Program-made: the position numbers and the translations under genes | Notes under the pieces: generated by a model | What the model saw: the letters and a program-made list of their open reading frames with translations, nothing else | Told to the model about the DNA's origin: nothing | Databases searched by the model: none | In this document: positions 27,201-39,900 of the stretch, piece after piece | How positions within the stretch are numbered: position 1 is the stretch's first letter | How the letters are laid out: each line of letters starts with the position of its first letter | From: Eledone cirrhosa | Taxonomy: Eukaryota | DNA: 64,000 nucleotides | Reading direction: 5' to 3' | NCBI GenBank assembly: GCA_964016885.1 | Contig: OZ024743.1 | Coordinates: 187,302,001 to 187,366,000 of the forward strand

Positions 27201-29750
27201 TCTCTGTTCCAGGTATTATTTATCTCAGTATTCACATCATTGTCTGCTTCGGGTGGTTCTTCTGTTCTCTCGACCTCTTCACCTTCATTTCCCACTGGCT
27301 CGTTTGTCTGGCATACTACACCCTCCATCTCCAAGCTATTCTCTCTGCTCAGTTCCTCCAGTTCCAGCTCGCTTATCCACCCATTATTTCTTATTACCCG
27401 AGCCTGCCCGGCCAGTTTTTGTTCATCTAATTTAAATGGACCAATCTCGTTCCAGATGTTATGCATCCTTTTCCTATAGCCTTTCTCCTTGGGGTTACTC
27501 TTCAGGTAACATTGCATAACAGTTCTATTCAATTCTTTCGTCCAGTTGGTTCTGGCCCCTTTCCTTCTTCTTCTTCCTCCGACACCAGCCGTATTTGGTT
27601 GACAGCCAGGTCCCTGCTGCTGAGCCAGGGCGCACCTGTTGGGTGAGAGTCTGTCACATGACATTCTAGTCTCCATTTCACCGTTATTCGAACTGTTTAG
27701 GTTCGACATTTAAACACTCTTATCGAGGATTGGCGAATGTATGGTTACATAACCACCGGTGAATTACTTGTCTCCGGTGGTTTCGTCACTCCACGTGACT
27801 TTTGTGTGGCATTATCACGCTGCAGACGAACCCAAATAAACAAACAAACAAACAGGCAGAAAAAACCCCAAAAATGAATAAGCATAAGTTTCATTGTAAT
27901 GTAGTGTTTGAATGTCTGACTTAGTTTTTCCCTTCCCTTCTCTGTCCGTCCGTTTGTTTTTTTCTTTATTTTTATTTCCTTTACGTTTTTCGTTGTTGCT
28001 GTGCTGCTTTGATTTTTATTTTTTTTTTTTTTTATTTTGACCGGGTCATCAATTCAGTCTATTTATATATTTTGATGCCTTCCTCTTTTAGTGAGAATTC
28101 TACAATGTAGTAGGGGCTAGCGAGAGAGAATAGTGGCGGTAGTGACAATGAGGCAGCGGCGGCGGCGGCGGTGGCGGTGCTGTGCCAGCAGCAACTAGCA
28201 GAAGGTAGTGGGAGAGAATAGTGGCGGTAGCGATAATGAGGCAGCGGCCGTGGCGATGTGGTCGTAATTACTGTAGCGATGGTGTTGAAGATGGAGTAGA
28301 AATTTGAGTCGGCTTGACCAGAGTTTTCATCGTGGCAGTGGTGGTGGCACTGGTGGTGAAATTATCTTTAGTGAAATTATCATTAGTCGCGTATATGTGT
28401 TGACATATTATCTTAATATTTGAATTAAACATTTTGTTAAAACTAAAACTTGATTTTTATTTTTTTTTTTTTTTAATTTTGACCGGGTCATCAATTCAGT
28501 CTATTTATATATTTTGATGTCTTCCTCTTTTAGTGAGAATTCTACAATGTAGCAGGGGCTAGAGGGAGAGAATAGTGGCGGTAGTGATAATGAGGCAGCG
28601 GCGGCGGCGGTGGCGGCGGTGCTGTGCTAGCAGCAACTAGCAGGAGGTAGTGGGAGTGAGTATTGGCGGTAGCGATAATGAGGCAGTGGTGGTGGTGATG
28701 TGGTCGTATTACTGAAGTGATGGTGTTGAAGTTGGAGTCGAAATTTGAGTCGACTTGATCAGAATTTTCATCGTGGTAGTGGTGGTGGTATTGGTGGTGA
28801 AATTATCTTTAGTGAAATTATCATTAGTCGCCTATATGTGTTGACATATAACCTTAATATTGGAATTAAACATTTTGTTAAAACTAAAACTTGATTTTTA
28901 TTTATTTATTTTTTTTTATTTTGACCGGGTCATCAATTCAGTCTATTCACATATTTTGATGTTTTCCTCTTTTAGTGGGAATTCTACAATGTAGCAGGGG
29001 GTAGTGGGAGAGAATAGCGGCGGTTGTGATATTGAGGCAGCGGTGGCGGTGGTGGTGGCGGTGCTGTGCTAGCAGCAACTAGCAGGAGGTAGTGGGAGAG
29101 AATAGCGGCGGTAGCGATAATGAGGCAGCGGTGGTGGTGATGTGGTCGTATTACTGTAGTGATGGTGTTGAAGTTGGAGTAGAAATTTGAGTCGACTTGA
29201 CCAGAGTTTTCATCGTGGTAGTGGTGGTGGTATTGGTGGTGAAGTTATCTTTAGTGAAATTATCGTTAGTCGCGTATATGTGTTGACATATTTTCTTAAT
29301 ATTGGAACTAAACATTTTGTTAAAACTAAAACTTGAGGCAATAGCAATAGTAATTATTATTATTATGCTGAGATTGGTGGTGGTGGTGGTGAAATTGCCG
29401 TTATCTGGCTGTTGTGTTTAGTGTACACAGAGAGGTGATGGGGTAGGTGGTGTATCTAGTTTCTGATGTTGGTGAAATTGCTGTTATTTGGCTGTTCTAT
29501 ATAGCGTAGACAGAGGGGGTTTTCTTCCATTTATAACCATTTTCTTTTTTGAATATAAAATGTATAATACAAAATTGAATATTTGAGCGATACAACAATA
29601 TATTATGGATCCGAATTTTTTGAGACTCAAGCCGGATGTTTTATGCAACATTTGTACTAAGAATTGTTATTTCACAATTGATTTAAATATGTTAAAAAAT
29701 CAAAACTCACGGGAGCGATTTCTCGACCTTCTATCCACCATGTGTGTCTT
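24252..29750 (-). mobile_element. R4/Dong-type family A, copy 1; full length, two frameshifts
   Basis: Pieces 26207-27709 (Myb-like WTKELN..GYRKRMHNIW), 25181-26200 (RT) and 24334-25125 (CRICG..H..C knuckle, RHD, RLE). ~2 kb 5' UTR. (ATT)n at both ends. Confidence 0.95.
28009..29336. repeat. Three ~441-bp tandem monomers in the Dong 5' UTR
   Basis: Units start ttgattttt.. at 28009, 28450 and 28891, each ending gttaaaactaaaac. Confidence 0.92.
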
Positions 29751-29792
29751 ATTATTATTATTATTATGATTATTATTATTGTTATTGTTATT

Positions 29793-32700
29793 CCTTGAAT
29801 CTCAGTCATTGATGTTGGTTAACTGGAAAGTCCGTTGGATTGAATATCAAGCCACTACCTGCAGCCTCAGATATTCAGGACGTATCGGAGGGTTCTTGCT
29901 GTTCCAAGCAAGCATGCCTTTTGAAGCGTTCCAAAAAGCGTGAAGGGGCCGATTTTCTTCAACCATCCCTGGAAACCTTTGGAGATAGTCCCCAGTGCGC
30001 CTATGACAATCGGGATCACTTTGACTTCATGGCAGTTCCAAATCCTTTTCACCTCCCACTTTAGGTCCTGGTATCGTTTAATTTTCTCCCTCTCCTTCTC
30101 TTGCACTCTCGTGTCGAACGGGCAGGCCACATCCACAATCAGGCACGATCTTTTTTCTTTGTCCACAACCACCAGGTCAGGTCTATTGTGCTCCAGTTTT
30201 TTGTCCGTCTGTATGCTAAAATCCCACAGCACCTTCACCTGACTGTTCTCCATCACCGCCTCTGGCCTATGCTCATACCATTTCTCAGAATGTGGTAGAT
30301 TGTTTACTTTGCACAGGTGCCAGTGGATCACCCTGCCCATCACATCGTGTCTCCAGCCCTTATAGTGGGTCTGGGCTAGGTGTTTACACTCGGACACAAT
30401 GTGAGCCACAGTCTCCTCTCTCTCTCCACAGATCCTGCACAGTGGGCTAGCCTCCTCCTTGTAGATATTGTGCTTCAACCACTTCGTTTTGAGGGCCTGC
30501 TCCTGCGCAGCCATTAGCATTCCTTCTGTAGCCTTTTTGAGGTCTCCTCTTCTCAACCAGTTCCATGTCTGTGGATCTCTAAATTCAGTTTTCTCAAAGA
30601 AGGTACTATGAAGGGATTTTCCCTTAAGGCTGCTCTTCCTCCTTGATGTTATTTCCTCCTTGGACATCCCCTGGCCTACTGTTCCCTCCTTCAGTACAGT
30701 TCTGAGCATTGGCTCCTTACTATAGGCACGTATTTGTATAGGTTGTTTTTCTCCATCTGAACACAGTCCTCTATGCTGATAAGACCTCTTCCACCCTCAG
30801 ATCTCCTTAGGTAGAGTCTATCGACATCACTCCTCTTGTGGAACATGTTGTAGATAGTCAATAGCTTCCTAGTCTTCCTATCCATTTCTTTTTGTTCAGC
30901 AACATTCCATCTCAGAATTCCCGCACTGTACCTAATAATAGACACAGCTCGGGAATTTACTGCGCTTATGGCATTTCTGCTGTTCAGATGTGACTTCAAT
31001 ACGCTCCTTACTCTCCGAATGTATTCAGTTTTTAACAATTCCTTCATTTTTTTGTTCTTTATGCCATCAGCCTCCAGAACGCCCAAATACTTGTATCCTT
31101 CCTCAGAGTCAATTTCCTTTATCATCTCATCTGTTGGTATCTGGATCCCGTTACTTCTGCTCAACCTACCCCTCCTCATCACAATGACTCCACATTTACC
31201 AATACCAAACTGCATACATATATCACTGCTGAAAATACGGACAGTGTCAACAAGCACATCCAACTCCTTCTCACTTTTCCCGAAGAGCTTAAGATCGTCC
31301 ATGAAGAGGAGGTGATTGATGGTAAGCTCTCCCCTTCCCAACTTGTATCCTGCTCTCACTTTTCGCAGCATAATGGTCAAGGGCATCAGGGCAAGGACAA
31401 ACAACAGAGGGGACAGGCTATCTCCCTGGAAGATACCTCTCTTGATCTTCACGCTTCCCAAGGATTCTCCAGTTGATGTCAACTCTGTCTCCCAGGACCC
31501 CATACTCCTGCCCAGCAACTGTCTGATGTTATCTGCCACCCTGAAGATCTCCAGGCTTTTGGTGATCCAGGAATGAGGCACCATGTCAAATGCCTTTCTG
31601 TAGTCTATCCATCCCATGGCAAGATCAGTGTGTCTCCTCCTGCAATTCCCCATTACCATCTTATCAATAAGCAACTGGTCCTTTGTACCACGTGACTTCT
31701 TTCGGCATCCTTTCTGTTCGTCCGGTAACAAGTTGTTTGTGTGGAGGTGATGGTAGATTTCCTCAGACACAATGCTCGTCAACAGTTTCCACATTACGGG
31801 CAGACATGTGATAGGTCTATAGTTGGTAACATCATTACCCTTGATTCGGTCTTTCATTATCAGAACTGTGGTACCCTTTGTCAACCACTCTGGCACCTCA
31901 CCCGACACCAAGCAGTCATTGAACATGGCCGTCAGCTTCGGGTGGAGGGATGTTAAATGTTTAATCCAAACCCCTGCACACCATCTGGGCCTGGTGATTT
32001 CCAGTTGGTTAGTTTTTTGGCTTGCCCCTTAAGAGTTTCAACTGTGATACTCAAATCAGTCTGTTGTTGTGCCTGCTCACCGATCTCCCTCTGTACTGTC
32101 TCAATCCACCCTGCCTGGGCATTGTGTCTAACATCCTGCTCCCATATTCCTCTCCAGAATGTTTTAGCTTGTTCCGCCCCAGGGATCAAGTCGTTGCCTC
32201 TTTCTTTCCCCTCAAGCTGTCCAAACAGCATCTTCTGGTTGTTGTCGAACATGCGGTTCTGTTTATACTGACTGACTCTGTTCTCGTATCGCCTGATTTT
32301 TGCACTCTTTGCTACAATGCGTTGCTTCAATTCCTCTATGATAATATTTAGCTTTTTACTCCTAGTTTTGTATTTTATTTCCAGTCTATTTTTAGTGCCT
32401 ATGTTTTTTAGTGTCCCATTCAGTAGTGACTCAAGCTTTCCTATGTCATTTCTCATTTCCCCGATTTGCCCACTCAGTCGCTTCTTCCACCACGGCTCTG
32501 CTCTTTCTTGTCTGTTGTTTCCTCTCGCTTTTATACCAAGTAGTTTCCTCACCGTATTTGCTGTTGCTTTGAGGATATTGTTGCACTGGTGAAGGCTCCT
32601 CGCCTCAAGGTATGGGATGACTTTGTTTACCTTAGCTGTTGTTTCTTTTAACTTTTTCCTGTCTACAAATCTTAGGTTCATAGGTCTCCCACTATCATTG

Positions 32701-34336
32701 TTCAATTCATCTACCACTAAATTTAGGATGTCAACCGAATCTTGTCCTAGCCCGTCAGCATTCATCTCCTCAGTGGCCGTATCTCTGTTCCAGGTATTAT
32801 TTATCTCAGTATTCAGATCATTGTCTGCTTCGGGTGGTTCCTCCGTTCTCAGGACCTCCTCACCTTCATTTCCCACCGGCTCGCTTGTCTGGCATACTAC
32901 ACACGCCATCTCCAAGCCATTCTCTCTGCTCAGTTCCTCCAGTTCCAGCTCGCTTATCCACCCATTAGTTCTTATTACCCGAGCCGGCCCGGCCAATTTT
33001 TGTTCATCTAATTTAAATAAACCAATCTCGTTCCAGATGTTATGCATCCGTCTCCTGTAGCCCCTCTCCTTGGGGTTACTTTTCAGGTAGCATTGCATAA
33101 CAGTTCTATTCAATTCTTTCGTCCAGTTGGTTCTGGCCCCTTTCCTTCTTCTTCTTCCTCCAACATCAGCAGTATTTGGTTGACAGTCAGGTTCCTGCTG
33201 CTGAGCCAGGGGGCACCTGTTGGGTGAGAGTCTGTCACATGACGTTCTAGTCTCCATTTCACCGTTATTCGAACTGTTTATGTTCGATATTTAAACACTC
33301 TTATCGAGGATTGGCGAATGTATAGTTACATAGCCATCTGTGGATCCGCCATCCCACTTGGCCCTTGTGTGGCATTATCGCCACACTGTATACGAACACA
33401 CATAAACAAACAAACACACAGGCAGAAAGGGCCCCAAAAATGAATAAGCATAAGTTTCATTGTAATGTAGTATTCGAATGTCTGACTTAGTTTTTGTTTT
33501 TTAAGTTTTACTTTTTCCCCCCTCTTCTCTGTCCGTCCGTCTGCTTCTTTCTTCATTCTTATTTTCTTTACATTTTGGGGGTTTCTTTTTTTGTTTTTGT
33601 TTTTCTCTGTTTGTTTTTCTCGTTTTTGCTGTTGTTGCTGTGCTGCTTTGGTTTTGTTGTTTGTTTTTTCTTTTTTCTTTTGAGTCTATCTATATATTTT
33701 GATGCCTTCCTCTTTGTTAGTAGTAGGAATTCTATAATGTGGAAGTAGCAGCCAGCAGGGGGAAGTGGGAGACTGGCGGCGGTAGCGATACTGAGACAGT
33801 GGTGGTGGTGATGTCGATACCGAGGCAGTGGTGGCGGTGATGTGACCGTATTACTGTAGTGATGGTGCTGTAGCGGTGGCAGTAGTGAAGGAGTCAAGGG
33901 GTGGTGGCGGCGGTGATGGGATAGTGGTGGTAATGATGGCCGTAGTGAGCGGTGGCGGTGAAGGTGAAAATGTCGTTATCTGGCTGTTGTGTTTAGTGTA
34001 CACAGATGATGGGGTGGGTGGTGTATCTAGTTTCTGGTGTTGGTGAGTTTAGCTGTCCTATATAGTGTAGCCAGAGGAGAGGAGGGGGGTTCTTCTTCTT
34101 CCATTTATAGCCATTTTCTTTTTTGGATATACAGTGTACAATACAAAGTTGAATATTTGAATATTTGAGCCTTATAACAATATATTTTGGGTCCGAATTT
34201 TTTGGGGCTCAAGCCGGGTGCTTTACGCAGCATTTGTACTAAGAGTTGTTATTTCACAAATGATTTAAATATGTTAAAAATTCAAAACTTACGGGAGCGA
34301 TTTCATGACCTCCGTCACCTCGTGCGTCTTCTTCCC
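29793..34336 (-). mobile_element. R4/Dong-type family A, copy 2; full length, two frameshifts
   Basis: Pieces 31953-33257, 30691-31926 and 29867-30709 are highly similar to copy 1. The 5' end (acgggagcgatttc..) is homologous to 29710-29750. (ATT)n flanks. Confidence 0.95.
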
Positions 34337-34343
34337 TATTATG

Positions 34344-34390
<47 letters not shown>

Positions 34391-36948
34391 AGTTGCATTT
34401 ATCTTGCTTTATGTTCATACGAGTTATCACCAAGTCACAACCAGTGACCTCAAGAGACAACAAGGTCCGCCATGTTAAAAAAAGAACATACATACTCACA
34501 CATGCATCTTTAGTGTTGAGACTTGTGATGTACTTATATTGACAGAATCTTCCTTAGTATATGGGCAGTTCCCATTAGTACTATCTTTTGTATTTCTCCT
34601 ATACGCGGGTTTCCTGGGATTTGCGATAAGTAATCATTAGACCCCTTAGGTATCATTCCCAGAGCGCCTACAACCACTGGTATTGTTTTAGTTCTCAATT
34701 TCCACATTTTTCCAATTTCTATCTCCAGGTCCTTATACTTGCTCAATTTTTCAAATGTTTTTATAGATACATTCTTGTCTATTGGAACAGACATATCAAT
34801 TAGCAGGCATACCCTCTTTTTAAAGTCCTTCAATATTATATCAGGTCTATTTGCATCTATTTTTCGGTTTGTTTGGATGCTAAAGTTCCACAAGATTGAG
34901 ATGTGATGTTTTTCAAGTATGGGAGGTAGTTGATGCTCCCACCAATTCTTTTGATGGGGCAGGTCAAAATGCTTACACATTATCCAATGTATGTATTTTG
35001 CAGCTCTGTCATGCCTGTTTAGGTATTCGGTTGGAGCTATAGGACTGCATATTGAAATTATATGGTCAATGGCCTCTGGTTGTTTTTTGCATACACAGCA
35101 TAATGGGCTGCATCCATTTTTTATTATGTTGGCTTGGTAATTTTTTGTTGGCAGACACTGATCTTGTGCTGATATAATCAGTTCTTCAGTCTCCGATTTC
35201 AGTCCAGAGGGTGCCAACCACTGATCGGTTAAAGTTTTGTCAACATCAGGATTGTTAGCTCGCTCTGGGTATTTTCCATACAGAGGCTATTCTTGCCATT
35301 TCTTAGCCAGTTTCTGTAGCAGTTCTTTCTTTGCAGTTACTTTTACCTGCTTTGCTTTTTCTGTGTTTTCCATTTCAGCAGTAAATGGGACTTCTGAAAT
35401 TTATAGTCTATTACTGTATCTTTGTGCATCTTTTGTAATGGAATATGATCTTTTGATGCTTTCGTGTTTCTAAACGAGTTTGATCATCCAATCATGTGAT
35501 TCCCTTAGATATGTAGATAATCCAATTGTTGCAGTTTTCAATGCAATGTCTAACTGGATTAACCCACGTCCCCCTTCTTTCCTAGGGAGATATATTCTAT
35601 CTATATCTGCCTTAGGGTGATGCATTCTGTGCATGGTTAAGAATTTTCTAATTTTTGTATCGAGCCTACGGATCTCTGTGCTTGACCAGTTGATGACATT
35701 GTAACTGTAGGTTACTACTGGTATGGCAAGCGTGTTTATGGCATCGATCCTATTCCTTGCATTCAATTCCGTTCTTAAGATTGCTCTTACTCTGCGGTAA
35801 CATTCCTTCCTTATCCTTTCCCTCATTGTCGAGTGCTTGATTCCGTCTCCTTCACAAACACCTAGATATTTGTAAGTTTTTTCTTGATCAAGTTCCCTTA
35901 TCACGTTCCCCCCCCCCCCCCCATCAAGATTAATGTCTGAACTCTTCAGCAGCTTTCCTCTGGTGAACGTTGCTTTGGCGCATGTATCTAGTCGAAACTC
36001 CATTTTAATGTCATCACTGAACTGCTCCACAGTGGATAATAGCCCTTGCAATTGTTCATCATTTTTTTGCAAATAGTTTCAGGTCACCCATGTAGAACAA
36101 GTGATTAATGGTTTTGTCATAGACTTTATATCCATTTTTTGTTTTATTGAGCATTTTACTTAATGGTATAAGTGCGATGCAGAATAAAAGCGGTGATAAA
36201 GAGTCACCCTGAAAAATCCCACAATTAATATTAACTTCTCCAGCTTCCAGTGATTTTGTTTCACTATTCAAAAGGAGTGTTGTTTTCAATGTCTTCATAC
36301 TGAATGACAAGAACCTCCTGACAACGGGGGATATTTTGAAAATCTTTAAACATTTTTCAATCCAACTGTGTGGCAAACTATCGAATGCTTTTTTATAATC
36401 TATCCAAGCAATCGATACATTTTTGTGTTTATTATGACAATCTTCCAGTATCATTTTGTTAACGAAAAGCTGATCCTTACAGCCATATGAGCCTCGTTTA
36501 CACCCTTTCTGCTCAATGGGAAATAGGTCATTTGTTATCAGGTGGTCATATGTGTATTCAGTTAGGACTGATGTTAAAATATTACACATTGTGGTCAAGC
36601 AAGTTATCGGTCTGTAATTTTGGGGATTGTTTGTCTCATCATTCTTCGGAAGCAGGAATGTAATGCCGTTAACTAGCCATGATGGTATCTTTTTTGGCTC
36701 CTTAACTATTTCATTGTAAAGTTGGGTTAACAGCTCATGAGACTCTGTGAAGGCATTTATCCAAAAATTTTGTATTTTGTCTTTTCCTAGGGATTTCCAT
36801 TTGCTGGTTTTTCTTAGAGCCAAGCGCAACTGTTCAACTGTTATATTTTCCCATATTTGTTCCTCAAGGTGAGCTGTATCTTTCATTTGTCTGTCTATCC
36901 ATGGGGCATGTATGTTATGAACTTTTTCTTCGGCCCAGATATTTTCCC
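34391..36948 (-). mobile_element. R4/Dong-type family B, copy 1; 5'-truncated
   Basis: [47 protein letters not shown] and RPDII..KYKDL in 36059-36886, 35470-36072 and 34534-35217. Confidence 0.93.
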
Positions 36949-36971
36949 TTATTATTATTATTATTATTATT

Positions 36972-39900
36972 GGCGACCTACGTAGTAAATCGTATCATCG
37001 TGAGCTCCGCAAAGGTTTGTTATTTCCGTTTGTTAAAAATTGCCATTTATGGAAAATGTTATTGTTAACTTTTTATAACCACACATACATTGTTTTCCGA
37101 AAAGGACACCCAAAAAGATTGCGGCCTTGTGCCCAAAATTTTAACTTTTATTATTATCCAAAAATTTCTTTGAAAAAAAATGGCTAATTCCCCTCTGCAC
37201 GAAGCAGCTGAAAGCCTTCCTCACAAAATAACACCTCACACAGACACCACCATTGTAAATGTTACTACGTTTGCCAACACAAAAAAAATATAAGCAGTAG
37301 CAATATTTTAAATTTGTCTCAGGCAGACATTCATTTCCCGCCATTACCAATGACTGCAGGTGTTAAAGCCTCCACCACCACCACCACCGCGACAACCACC
37401 ACCCCCACCACCACCGCGACAACAGAAACAAAAGAAGAAAAAAATAAATTAACTCGTGATGTCGAAATGAAATCAAGCAAAATGGACTCTTCCGCACCAA
37501 AGACGACTGACGTCACCACCACCACAACTGAAACTAAAATTAAGATTAACACAAATAACGATAGCAACAACAACAACAATGACATTATAACCCCCCCCCC
37601 CCCTCAGTTTCGCCATCGTAGCAAAACAATTCGAAGCATTCACGGTAACTCAAGAGGATTTAGAAAATGCCAAACAAATGGTAAAGAAAGATGGGTACAG
37701 GGTCAGCCTCACCCCCCCCACATAATAAAATGGAGCATCGGCGCCTATGCACCGTGTCGTATAGAACAATAAATGTAAAATCGCGCCGAGTGGAACGGGC
37801 ATCCGAGTCCCAAATCCAAAAAGCTTTGGGACATGTGTGGGCAAGAAAAACCCACATCAGACGTGGGCAAAAGTATGGAACCGTGGATATGTTCTTTGAA
37901 ACACCAGAGGAGGCTAGAGAACACTCCATGGCCCCATTAAAAAGTGACGACTTCACACTCGTCCCAAGCTATTGTGGCCAGAGACTCGTAAAGATCAGGG
38001 TGACCCACGTTCCACCGGCCATCGAAATTCCCTGGCTAATAGCGGCTGTCCTCGCCGGCATCGTAGCCAACACGAAAATAATAGCAATAGCAAAAGAAAA
38101 GCAGGAAAACTGGTCCGGATCTGGGATGGAGCTCCTGATCCAAGCGGACCAAAAAAGCATTGACGAGATCCCAGAGGTAATAGACCTCACTGACGGCAGC
38201 CACCTCACGGTAATTGTCGAGGGCAGAAGACCTAGGTGTGTTGTTTGTGGTGAAGGAACCCACCTAAGGGCTTTCTGCCATCAGGCTAAAAGGTTGAGGC
38301 CACCTCTCCTACCCACCCCAGTGACACAACCATCAACACCACCAGTAGCAGAGATGGCAGCAACAACTGTAGCAGCAACAACAGAAGCAACTATAACAGC
38401 AACAACCCCAGCAACAGTAGCAAAACCAACACCACCACCACCACCAGCAAAACCAACACCACCACCACCCAACGCTTCAGAACTAGCACCAGCGCCTACA
38501 CCATCCACCACGCCACAACCAAAAGTAACGGCTGTGGAGGATTTTGCACTCCCCGGCCTATCACAACTGGAGACAGATTGTGACGACGCGGAGTGGGAAA
38601 CGATATCCGGAAAAAAAAAAGAAACCAAAAAAGAAAAAATTCTCTTCCTTCCCCCTCCAAAAACAAACTGGAGACGTTGAGGGTGGTCCCGCGAGAACTA
38701 GGATGCGGAAGATCTGTGTCAGCATATGCCGACGATGTCACCGTAGTGGTGTCGAACGCCAAACACATCGAGGCGATCGGCACTACACTAAGAGAATACG
38801 AAGCGGTGACAGGAGCAATGATCAACCAGGAAAAGTCAGTGGGCCTGCAGCTCGGCACCTGGAGAGGCAGGTCCATGGCGTCCAACAGCGTCGTCGGGCG
38901 CTGGACGGACGGACCGGTTAAATTGCTAGGGGTCTGGTTCGGTCCAGACCTCCAGACGGACAAAAACTGGGACGAGGTGACGAGCAGGGTGGCTTCTCTC
39001 ACCCAGAAATGGGCCGAGAGGAAGCTATCCCTGAAAGGTCGAGCGGAGGTGGCTAACGCGTACATCGCGTCCGTCATCTACTACCGCTACCGCCTGACCG
39101 TCGTACTTTGTCCTAAGCCCCGCCTGACTGCGCTGGAGCGTTTGCTCTTTCGCTTCTTGTGGAAGGGACGCGCTCCGATGGTCAGGCGGTCCATCTGCTG
39201 TCAACACCCGCTACGTGGAGGGCTGGGCATGCCGTGGCTGATGATGCGCAGACACGCGCTCAGGCTACGACATCTCCACCTCTTCCTCGACGGTGATCAG
39301 GTGTGGTCGCCGTTTGCTAGACACGTTTTTCCCCAGCTCGTCTCCTTGACGGAGCTGCAGTCCTGGGTCAAGCGAAGACCGAGAGGGAGCGCTTGGAGAC
39401 TGGAATGTCTTCAGGCGCTCACAGCCCTCGACCAATCGGGCAATGTGATCGGTGGAAACTCCACCTTGGCGTTCTATAGGGGATTAGTGGAGGGGAAGAG
39501 CGACGACGTACTTGGAGAAACTCTAGGCGTCGACGAAAATCAACTAGCCAATCTCTTCGGAAGGACTTTCGGGCCGGGGCCTATGGACAACTTCCAGAAA
39601 TCCCTGGCCTGGCAGTGCTACCGAGGAGTTTTGCCAGTTCGGGATAAACTCTACAGGCATGGAGGTGCCGTCAGCCGGGCATGTCCGAGATGCGCGCAGG
39701 GCGACGAAACCGTCCTGCACGCACTCGTCCAGTGTCCGAGCATTGCTGACTTGTGGGTTTATGTCGAACACCTGCTGTCACGTGTAGGACGGATCCAGCT
39801 ATCAGCTGAGTCCATCGTGAGGATTGCCCCGCCCCCTACCTTTAGCCGGGAAGGGCAGGCAGTTTTTATCTGTCTGGTGGCCATGGCGAAAGAGATAGTA

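Noticed and set aside
27739-27827. Hammerhead, HDV or twister assignment for the Dong 5' UTR structure
   Set aside because: Copy 1 has stem-GAAAC-stem but no CUGANGA, and copy 2 lacks GAAA. HDV and twister consensus nucleotides were not found.
28009-29336. CRISPR-like periodicity
   Set aside because: Whole 441-bp units repeat with no unique spacers, there are no cas genes, and the context is eukaryotic.
23061-33227. Many + strand ORFs repeated across Dong copies
   Set aside because: Antisense shadows of the - strand retrotransposon ORF.
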